Of a stretch of DNA of 52,691 bases, positions 27,301 through 36,700 are shown piece after piece (the first letter of the stretch is position 1; each line of letters begins with the position of its first letter). Where the stretch lies: the NCBI GenBank assembly GCA_016183305.1, contig JACPEW010000003.1:1-52691 (forward strand), in the 5' to 3' direction. The notes under the pieces were generated by a model. The model searched no databases. It was given only the letters and a program-made list of their open reading frames with translations, and was not told where the DNA came from. The stretch is from Candidatus Daviesbacteria bacterium (GTDB taxonomy: Bacteria > Patescibacteriota > Microgenomatia > Daviesbacterales > UBA10151). Both the position numbers and the translations under genes were made by a program.

Positions 27301-29034
27301 CATTTTTACATCGCTTCTTTCTCGTCCACCAAAAGCGCTTCTTAAATAAAAAGTATCTCTTTCACCATCAGATTTTTCCTTAGCGTCACGATATTCTGCA
27401 GAAAATCTTTTGAATAAATTAAATAATTTATCACCAGTTTCATGTTCGACTGCCTTTGTTTTCTCCTCGGCTTTTTTCTGCAACTCAATTTGTGCTGGTT
27501 TAACTTCCTGCATTCTTTGCAAAAGAATAGCTTTATCTGTTTTATCCAGATTGGCGTCTGCAACATCAATAATTCTCTGATAAACATCATCTGGGTTAGC
27601 TTTTACCGCGCCACGGTCTAAATAGAGCTGTCCGACTTTTGTAGCAAGAGACTCTGTAAATTGTAAAAATTCATTAACACGAAACTCATCCCCTTCAAAT
27701 ATAAATTTATCCATAGCAGCTTGAGCTATACCATCTACAAAACTGGCAGGAGATGCATTAAATCGTAATCCAAGTCCTTCAAATGTTTCTGGATTTAGAA
27801 CTTTGAGTAATTCATTCAAGTCTTCATCTTCGTATATTTGCTCATCTAAAGAAAATTTATCTTTTGTCCAAGGTGAAGCAATACCTTTTTGGGGATCAGT
27901 AACTTTGACCGAAGGATTAAAAACTAACTCCTGTTCTGTTGTGGCGTCTACACCTAAAGTCAAATTTAAAACAGAATGAAACAAAAAGTTTACTTGTTGA
28001 CTTGAGAGGGGTTGTCCTTCAAGTGTAGATTGTTTTGCTAATTCTTCCCAAATTTTTCTACTTAAAACTGGAGTAATACTTTTTTGAAAAGCAGCATAAT
28101 GATAATAACGATCTTTTCCTTCCGCTCTTGATCGATTGTGATGATACATAGGTATTACTGTTTGTAGAGCAACAAGAGCTTGATTTAAATCCATTTTATT
28201 GATCGTTTCAACAGATTTGAAATAAGAAACTTCGTTTACATATTTCATTAACTGGTCAAACGGAGAACTAACACCATTACTTGATTGTTCTTGAGCGATA
28301 GCATCTTTTACTTCTTGTGGTATTTGATGCAATGGTTCCTCAATGGATTTCAAATCTTTTAAATAAGTCATTACTCTTAAGTTAAGCGCTCTGTCTGTGG
28401 ACTTACCATGTACTAGACCACCTGATAATTTAGGGTTTTGTCTGAATTTTTCCATTAGTTCGATTCCTCCCATTGGGTTAATGCTTAATTTATCAACTTC
28501 AGTAAATGCCTTTATATCTCCTTCCCATTCATGAACTCTTTGTTGTCCAGGACCACCAAATACGAGGTCACTAAGTGTTCTCTCTTGATCTTCTGCGCGT
28601 TGAAACACTTTTTCGGAATGGGCTTCTACATGATGTATTCTCTCGTGCATGAGAACGAACAAAATTTCTTCATTTGTACCAGCAAGTTTAATCAACTGAT
28701 CGCTTAAATAAACGGAGCCACTGGGGAATATAAAAGCATTTGGTTCTCCTTTATAAACAGTTATTCGAGGTCTTTCTTGATCTGGAGCGCCACCGATTCT
28801 TTGGAGTGAGTGCTGGGCATAAACGGATACCGGATGATCTGTAGGATAGATCCCTAATCTGGCTCTAATTTTCCACTCGGCATATTCTCCAGCATTGTGG
28901 AATTGTTCTTGACTAAATTGTTCACCATTTGTTTTTTCTCCATTAGCGACTTGGAGTTCAGCAACAACTTCCATAGAATATACTTGGTCTAAACTAGAAG
29001 CCCCTAGTCTACTTCTTTCAGCCTCTATACTCAT
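24394..29034 (-). CDS. 1546-aa fusion of N-terminal M48-like metallopeptidase and C-terminal ABC1/UbiB-like atypical kinase
   Basis: PNAFIFPSGSVYLS, LMHERIHH, HEWEGD near the N-terminus; LGGGSLMSVF, AVKILNP, DIDFTE, HSDIHPGNI, VFLD near the C-terminus. Confidence 0.85.
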   Translation of the reverse strand: MSIEAERSRLGASSLDQVYSMEVVAELQVANGEKTNGEQFSQEQFHNAGEYAEWKIRARLGIYPTDHPVSVYAQHSLQRIGGAPDQERPRITVYKGEPNAFIFPSGSVYLSDQLIKLAGTNEEILFVLMHERIHHVEAHSEKVFQRAEDQERTLSDLVFGGPGQQRVHEWEGDIKAFTEVDKLSINPMGGIELMEKFRQNPKLSGGLVHGKSTDRALNLRVMTYLKDLKSIEEPLHQIPQEVKDAIAQEQSSNGVSSPFDQLMKYVNEVSYFKSVETINKMDLNQALVALQTVIPMYHHNRSRAEGKDRYYHYAAFQKSITPVLSRKIWEELAKQSTLEGQPLSSQQVNFLFHSVLNLTLGVDATTEQELVFNPSVKVTDPQKGIASPWTKDKFSLDEQIYEDEDLNELLKVLNPETFEGLGLRFNASPASFVDGIAQAAMDKFIFEGDEFRVNEFLQFTESLATKVGQLYLDRGAVKANPDDVYQRIIDVADANLDKTDKAILLQRMQEVKPAQIELQKKAEEKTKAVEHETGDKLFNLFKRFSAEYRDAKEKSDGERDTFYLRSAFGGRERSDVKMDTDKYLPELRQILQEKQIQSPHELLVLLANFRKAIQADEQLWGDHLLCDNEWNSLVEQIVSETPQLNNFSSPLEKGLFDFKVVLLLAHDYASNNLLNPHERFGEYLKDEGFNLEWFRNFYNLASNESALVKETGVDSPTDTLFGPQKNEDWVDFFKHGKYVLLNKALSSGSRADFSKMLETLTNEFPFYHYGVDRLEDSNITTESADRKRALLSEVFRTYTFDFGNIQDLKDLYYLSTYLEDHSLAVRLQNVIWGELSKMLSFEEGFAFLEKELNGRRLLSLKAVSDFVEQNARTHEEIEMASQRLLSLLTQDSSLEGIGKLVMTEDLVQKFFLDNKYELLLACVGNGEDDGYLKRYLYKKWVACMGYDNVHLNDLMHRLYRLDAQSKYVLIRDLLTGDKGIFTDKDLTQRLEFVNFFLDNYVVASDASEEKYLKVIRDVMQEVARKASYDLLYFAISPIIQERMLIPPSNQVPWLDIIRTEEPPLGYEELETHEEFDKDEDLGEYWEKEMGPDYYDLDENGELVGNKNKQSSQTTHLSDFIRPKAVRKVDENDVNELFQFITGNSEKQQEFKVSDAMRREYEDTVDGLLRGSEVLPARQRMTVNEFMLEMAQKLGAPGVRFLQLVGQYVELPPNLEQAFNQVYDKMGGQSKITAHQTLLREWPEARERLAGLNERLGGGSLMSVFRTTISDGQDLAVKILNPNAGHHTDTTYKLLTEVFTALAERDSAFAPTGAMLDDIKEWIRGDIDFTEFLEMDREFKRKHNGYSTGGRYKIKVPTSHQPENKYFALEEFIDGINLTELDKLREQGHDLRQVTSLVAKNFIEQVKDGLVHSDIHPGNIRVTPRNEVVFLDRNYYQEFGFRDKLFLRNLVGALNNTPHATTLCLDYIQSQGAAISKEIRQRVIEQSGTLSQVSDPTDRLMRLAVILRKEGLKFPLKTTLLVKDFFYIDRLAKKVGYSGIAEALQAK

Positions 29035-29128
29035 GATAGCACAAATTTTACTAAATTTGACGGTAGTTAACAGAAAGTTTATCGAAGTTAACCACCGATT
29101 GCAGATACAATCAGAAAGTATCTACTCT

Positions 29129-30576
29129 ATGCAATTTCAAGATGTTAAACCGACAACTTTTTCAGACCCGTCTAGCCACTGGCGCAACGAAACAAACGCC
29201 TTTGACGCTAGTTTAACTTCTTTTGCAGATAACCAGCCAAAACCTAAAATTCCAAACTATGTCCAATTCTCCGGACAAACTATAAACCTTAGAGCAAATG
29301 AAGCAATCTTCGGGGTGCGCCTATCTCTTAAACTTGGGACATCTGGTTTTGTGAATGATACTTGGGAAGTAAAACTTATAAACGGAGCAACCACAAGACG
29401 ACTTTGGACTGGTATTGTCTCCATTACTGACCCTACAACTTTTGAATGGGAAGTCTTGGCCAATATTCTAACAACAGATGGTCTATGGATAAAAACAGAT
29501 TTTGAAAATATGGCCATCCGTATTGGCCCTGTTTCTGCGGTTGCTTCTCAAGACAGCGTAACAATTAAAATTTATGATATTTCTTACAGAGTTTTTACTT
29601 ACAGCACTCAAACACAAAGTTTACTGACTGTTTATTCCACTGCCTCTTTAGACGGCGATATTACCGATAATCCACCTGTTAATGGGCTTGGCGATACAGT
29701 AGATAGTATCTCTCCAAATTTCTGGGTTGGTGATCGCTCAACAAATGGCTCATGGCGGGGTTTTGTATCCTTTCCTATTACCGAACTTCCGGCAAATGCC
29801 GTAATTGATGATGTGCAAATGGACTTTTCGTTAGACTTATCTTATGGGGACGGCTTGTCTGGACAAGATCAAGTTCCTCATGGATTAGGTAGCTGTAAAA
29901 TGGATTAGGTAGCTGTAAAGTATATCATGTTGACTTTGGAGCGTCTCTTGACGCCTCTGATTATCAAACAACACCTCTTACATCAAATATAGGAATTCTG
30001 GTATTGCAAGAGGAATTCTTACAAGGATATTATGATTTTGCCGAGCCAAATACTTGGCAATGGCGGGGAATTGATGCTTTAGGCTTGTATATTCAAAATG
30101 ATTATAATGCTGGCAGGCCACGTTCTCAATTTAGGATTAAGTGGGATAACGCAACAGATAATGACAGCAAACACGACTACTTAGCGATTTTATCGAATGA
30201 CTTTGCAACAGACTCTCCCAGATATTCTCCAAGGCTTAGAATCGTTTATCATATTGAAACCCCGCCTCCCTCTTGGAATAAACCATACGGATTTTATGAT
30301 TACATGGCCTTGAAAGTGCGCGGGCGCTTAGGATATATTGCTACCTTTCAGGAGCAATGGTGGGGGCGTCAAGTATCACCGCCTTTTTATCCTTATAATC
30401 CGCAAACTTATTATCAACAAAGCTGGCGATCCGTCTTTACCCAAAGGGTAGATAACTGGCTGGGATTTAATGAAACTGTCAAAGGTCAATATAAGGAAAA
30501 GGCTAAAAACTTAATAATGACCGGCTTTAATTTTTACCTTTCAGAATACTTAAACGCCAATTACCCGCCTTGGTAA
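29129..30576 (+). pseudogene. beta-rich protein with DNRLRE-like domain, frameshifted by a 20-bp tandem duplication
   Basis: WVGDRSTNGSWRGFVSFPITELPANAVID. Removing one 20-bp copy joins ORFs 29033-29908 and 30004-30576 into one frame (about 475 aa from ATG 29129). Confidence 0.75.
29880..29919 (+). repeat. perfect 20-bp tandem duplication
   Basis: ATGGATTAGGTAGCTGTAAA twice (29880-29899, 29900-29919). Confidence 0.95.
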
Positions 30577-30593
30577 AAAACTGATAAAATAAA

Positions 30594-30746
30594 ATGCAGA
30601 TGAGGGAGTTTTTCAAACGGGAAGAAAAAAGGCCATTCACTTACCCGTCTATTGAGGAACGAAAAACAAGTCCTAATTATTTAAGCTGGATTATTGGTGT
30701 TGTTTTATTGATTGCTGTCGTAATTACCACCTTCCTTATTTTCTAA
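30594..30746 (+). CDS. 50-aa single-pass membrane protein (below the ORF-track cutoff)
   Basis: MQMREFFKREEKRPFTYPSIEERKTSPNYLSWIIGVVLLIAVVITTFLIF*; contains the right 98-bp repeat. Confidence 0.55.
   Translation: MQMREFFKREEKRPFTYPSIEERKTSPNYLSWIIGVVLLIAVVITTFLIF
30605..30702 (+). repeat. 98-bp direct repeat, right copy
   Basis: See 23908-24005. Confidence 0.92.
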
Positions 30747-30766
30747 AAAGATGCAAAGAGAAAATG

Positions 30767-33700
30767 TTAGCGACACCTAATAAAGAGGTAATAGCCTGTG
30801 CCTGAAATTATCAGAATTACCACTGCCATCCATGGCCAGTTTCTTTGAGCGAAAGATCCTACTTCTTGTGAGTTTTCTGTTGGTATAGTCTCTACCCCTT
30901 TTACAGTTCCCTCTTGTCCCTTCTCTTCCTTGTCTTGTTGTTGATCAGGTTGATCAGTCGACTCTCCCAATACTCCTTCTTCAAAACCTGTGGCAGGGGC
31001 TGTAATAAATACGCCTGCTGGTGTGGCAGAAACTTCGTTTGAAAAGTCTCCAGGCGTACAACCATTTCCGGCTCTTACTTTAAAGTAATAGGTCTTTCCC
31101 CCGGACAAACCCTGAACAGTATAAGAAGTAGTACCCTTTCCACCTATATTAGGGTTGCCATATTGCACTATTCCGGAAGATGTACCATAAGCCACCAAGT
31201 AATAAGTAACAGGATCTTTCGCTTCTGACCAGGTTAGGGTAACACTGTTAACCCCGCTAGCAACAACAGATAATAGTGTAGGTGCGTTGCCAGGCTTTTG
31301 ATCGCTGCATGAAGCGCTACTACTGCCGCCTCCATCAGAGCTTGAGGAATTGCTGGTAGAGGATGCAATTGTGGTTTGGGTATAAGTCGCAAATTTAGTA
31401 AAATGCTTGGTCCAAATAACCAAATCAGAACCAGCATCAATTTTACACTCACCATCAGTTACCAAGGCATCACCTGCTGTCTGATTGTCTGCGGAACACG
31501 TGCTGCTAATTTCAGTAAATGCTATTCCTGTTCTGATATAGCCTGCCCTTTTGCCTGCTTGCCCCGGAAGCAAAATCCTCACAGCTTTATCAAAAGATAA
31601 TTTTGCGCCAGTAAATCCTATTTCAATAGCCGTACTTACAGTTTTGGTTTCTCCCGAAGTCTCCGGCAAAGTTACAACTGTAACAGTTGGGGCTGCAATT
31701 ACTCCATTCCAAGTGGTATCCGCGCTAGTAACGATAGTAGAAGCTGGAATAACTATGTTTGCTTTCTCAGAATCAATGGTAATCTTCGGAAGTGTTCCTG
31801 TTCCCTCTGAAATGAATGAACCTACATCAATTATCGGATCGGTTGTCTCACTGCCAATAGTTATATTTACTGCTTGAGTTGGGTTAGTAATTACAACTTG
31901 GGGAGTTTTATTATCAACAGTGACAGCACCTTCAGAATCTGGAGCTTTTTGGTTAGATGCTAAAGCAGAATCAACTAGCAATAAATCCGTTAAATTGCCA
32001 GCAATATCTGAAACATTAACCACAACGTCATTGGCAAAAGTTGGTATTTCAGTGGTAGTTATTGTTAAAGTTCCCCCCGACCATGAATAAGTTAAAGCTT
32101 TATCCGCTCCTGCAGTCAGAGCATTTTCAACTACTGCCTTGGAATTATTTGATAAGACTTCAGAGAAAACTAAATTAATATTACCAGGGCTTAATAAAAC
32201 AACATCCGCAGAACCGTTACCAAGTTTTGTAACTGTGGGAGCAGTTGTATCGACCACTAATTGATCTGTAGAGGTTGAGCTTTGATTGCCTGTATTATCT
32301 TGGGCTCCGACTATAAAATTCCAAACACCCTGGAGCAAACTGGTAGATGCAGAGAGAATGTTGCCAGCTGTTGTTCCGGAATCTACTATTTGACTGTTAG
32401 CATTATTAACAACTGACCAGAAATAGGATGCTACCCCTGATAAAGTATCTGTTGCAGCTGTCCAATTCCAAGTTTGAATGGTTGAGTTGGTTGGGTTTGG
32501 AGAGGTAGATGGAGTACCAGGAATAGTTGGTGCAGTTGAATCAATCGTAAAGTTAGCATTGGACAAATCTGTTCCTGTAACGTCGTCTGGGTCAGTTACA
32601 ACAGCTTTTATTTTAACAGTTGAGGAATTTAATGAATCAACTGAATCCCATGTATAATCTCCGGTGTTAGTTAATCCTGTATCAATTTTAGTAAAATCAA
32701 TCTCATTAGTTGTGTAATACAAGTCAATAACTAGGTCTTCAGAATCATTATCAGTATCTGATGCATTCCATGTAATATCATGACTGCTGTCTCCAGCCCA
32801 TATTTCTCCGCCGTTTGGTGAAGCTACAGTAATTGTTGGCGCATCATTAACAGCATTAACTGTGATATTTATTGTTGCTGTATTACTGTTTACCGATCCA
32901 TCATTAACTCTGAAGGTAAAGGAATCTGAACCATTGTAATTAGCTGCTGGCGTATAAGTTACTGAGTTTCCAGAAACAGCACTCAAACTTCCATGACTTG
33001 GACCAGCAACTATAGAATAAGTTAAAGTGTTTGCAGGTAAATCAGCATCCGTAGCAGAGAGTGTTATTACTTTAGCTGTATCCTCATCTGTAGTTTGTGT
33101 GGAACCTGAAGCAACAGGCGCAATATTTACCTCATTAACAGTAACTACAATTTCCTCTGAAACATTAGTTCCTGTAGAGCTTGAAACAGATATTGTAAAT
33201 GTATAAGTATTTGGACCTTGAGCTTCTGTAGGAGTCCAACTGAATGTTCCTGTTGAAGAATTAATAGTGGCACCAGTTGGGGCTCCAATTAGTGAAAATG
33301 TAAGGGTCCCACCTTCTTCATCATCTGCCTCTGCTGTAAAGGTCAATTCACTTCCTTCATTAACCGATTTATTTCCAATAGGATTTAAACTTAATGGAGC
33401 ATTATTTACAGTGACAGTTTTACTTGTATCTGTAATCGAGTTGCCTGCTGGATCAGTTATTATAATTCTAATTGTATAAATACCCTCGGATACAAAAGCA
33501 TCAGAATTATTTTTACCATCCCAAGTTTTAGGAGTAGGGTTTGTAACGCTAGCAGAAGAGTATAAATCTCTTATCTTGGTACCTGTGGAATTTAGTATAT
33601 CTACATCGGCTTCAACAGCTTCCGAGAATAATAAGTCTAAAGTAGTAGTATCTTTTATACCAACACTAGCTTCCGGTGAAATCCTAATATTATCTAAAAT

Positions 33701-36700
33701 ATAGGTTTCAATAACCGGATTTACTGAATCAAAAATAATAGTGTCAGAGATAATGCCACTTATATTACCTGCTCCATCAATTAATTTAACTTGTATAGTT
33801 CTTGTTCCTTGAGTGTTTGGTAAGGTGTAAGAATAGGAACTTGAATAGGTTGCATTTGTACCAAAGACAGAATCTCCGTCAGCAGTTTGAATTTGGGTAA
33901 CATCGGATGAAACTCCACTAAAGTTGAGTGTAACACCAGTTAAATTGGTATAAGCAACAGCATTATTAATTGTAAATGCTCCTGTAGGAGCAACAATGTC
34001 TTGAATTGCTGTTGGCTGGGATGTTGCAGAACTTACATTTCCAGCAGCATCTGTAGCTGTAACTGAAGGAGTGATTGAGCCATCAACTAATGCCCCGGGT
34101 GCAGCAGCAGTACCATCAATAGTAATAGAGAAGTTAGTACCTCCTCCAGTAAGCTGTTGTGTCCCACTTTTGCTATTAGTTCCGTCGCTCAATGTGACTG
34201 AAACAAGGGAATTTGCTTCTGCAGTACCAGTAACAACTATTGCAGCTTTTTCTGAATTATTAATTTTATTATCCGTTGAGATATTATTAACGGTTGGCGC
34301 AGAAGGAGCGGCTGTATCTTGAGTAACATTTGATGTTGTAGGATTACTGGTATTTCCGGCAGCATCTGTAGCTGTAACTGATGTATTAATGGTTCCATCA
34401 ATTAAGTCCGTTCCTGCTGTTCCATCAATTGTGATTGAAAAGTTACCGCTTCCATTAGCTGAACCGGTATTAGTTTTAGTTGTATTAGCACTATCAGTTA
34501 AAGTAACTGTAACTGAACTATTTGCTTCTGCTATTCCAGCAACTATAATTGCTGCTTTCTCAACATTATTGATTTTGTTATCCGTTGCAACATTGGAAAT
34601 AACAGGAGCACCTGGGTTTGTTTTATCAAAAGTTATTGATGTATTATCCCCGGTTGTACTAATTTCAGATCCAGGGTTACCCGCTAAGTCATTAAAGTTA
34701 ATAGTAAATAGCACTGTTCCACTAGCATCTCCATTAGCCATCTGATAATCCGCCCTCCAGTTATTATCACCTGTGTTTGATACTGAAGCTGTATTTCCAG
34801 CAATGGCTACTATGGGAATTTGAATAGCTTCATTTGATGTGAAACTTACTGTAACCATATTTCCAACTTTTGCTAAGGCATTACTATTTGAATTGTTAGA
34901 ACTTATAGAAACAGCGCTTAATGTTGGAGTTGTAACATCTTTAGTCGCAGTGTCAGAACCTGCGCTACCAGAGTTTCCGGCTGCATCTGTCAAAGTTATA
35001 GAGGCAGTCAAAGTTCCTTCATTTAATCCTGAAACATCAATACCGCTAACATTTATTGATCCATTACCCGCAACGCTACCAGTTCCTGTAATAGCTGCAT
35101 TAACACCATCTGTAATAGAATAAGTGAAATCATTGTTTGCTTCCCCTGTTCCTGTAAGAGTTACTGCTGTTTTATTTGAATTATTGATTGGGCTTGTCAG
35201 ATTTACTGAAGTTGGAGCATCTGGAGCAGTCGTTTCAATAGTAACACTTAAAACGTCAGAGGCAACAGAAGTGTTTCCAGTAGCATCTGTGGCTTTAGCC
35301 GTTAAACTGTGGGTACCAGCTGCTAAGGTAATATCAAATGACCAATTACCACCAGTAGCTGTTGTAGTACCTTTTGAAGTTACTCCGTCAAAAAGTTCAA
35401 CAGTACTGTTGGCTTCAGCAGTACCAGAGAAAGTAAGACCTGCTGTCTGATTGGTAATATTATCCGAATTAGATATACCTGTATCATCAGAAGCAGCTAA
35501 ATCTGGCGTTGATGGAGTATTAGGAGCAGTAGCATCGTAAGCAAATGAAACTCCGGAAATATTGGCAGTATTTCCTGCGCTATCAGTAATGACAACCTGC
35601 AAATTATATGTTGTATTTGTTGTAAGTGTTACACTTGTCCAGTCAGCCTGATAAGGTGCTACTGTGTCTGTGTTAAGATCAATAAAGGTACTGTCTGAAC
35701 TTGCTTTGTATTGAAACTTCACTGAAGAAACAGCCGTATTAGCATCACTGGCTGAAGCTGTAAAAGCAGGTATAACATTATGAGAAGAATTATTCACTGG
35801 TGCAGTGATTGAACCAGTAGAAACTGTAGTATCAACAGTAACAGAACCTGTAGTAGTGGCTGACTGATTACCAGCATTATCTTTAGCATTAACTATTAAA
35901 TTCCACACTCCTTGCAATAAGTTAGTTACTAAAGACGTATTAGTAGTGGTGCCAGTATCGAAGAGTGTATTAGTAGCAGCATTAATAATAGACCAAAGGT
36001 AGGTTATAGTTCCGGCAATATTATCTGTTGATGTTGTCCAATTCCAAGTTTGAGTAGTCTGATTTGTAGGCGAAGAAGGGGATGGTATGGGTGTTCCTGG
36101 AACAGCAGGATTAGTGTTATCTATAACCGCAGAAACAGTCACTACATCACTTTCAATTCCTGAGCTATTCTTAGCTTGTACATGTATATAATAAGTTCCG
36201 TTTCCAGAACCTTGCGTTGCTGTAACTGTGCTAAAGTAATCTCCTGACGGGGTCCAGGAGGATGACTGGTTAATTGCAAACCTAAAAGTGGCAGTAGAAT
36301 CTGTAGAACTCCAGTTCCAGGTTTTTGATTTTGTAGAACTGGTATCATCGGACAGACCAGATATCACTGGTCCATTAGTAGCAAGAAGGGCATTGTATGC
36401 ATTAATTCGTTTTCCCGAAACTGTCTTGCCACTCAAGGAAGCCTTCGCATCACCCGTGTTTAAGATAATACTTTTTACTTGGGAATAAGTTCTGGAAGAA
36501 TTCTGGCTCCAAATTAAAGCTGCTAAACCAGCGGCATGGGGAGCAGCCATGGAAGTGCCATCCTTGAATTCATATAATTCACTTGAGCCAAGAGTATGTT
36601 TGGTAATAAGAATATCGTCTACATTACAACCTTCACCAATGGTACCTGTACTCGTATCCGCATCAGTTACCCAATGTAATCTAAATTTAAAATTGCTTGT

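Noticed and set aside
32000-36200. Repeated D.TAP/AGN motifs in the S8 gene as a DNA repeat array or diversity-generating target
   Set aside because: These are diverged protein-domain repeats with no near-identical DNA units; no reverse transcriptase is present.
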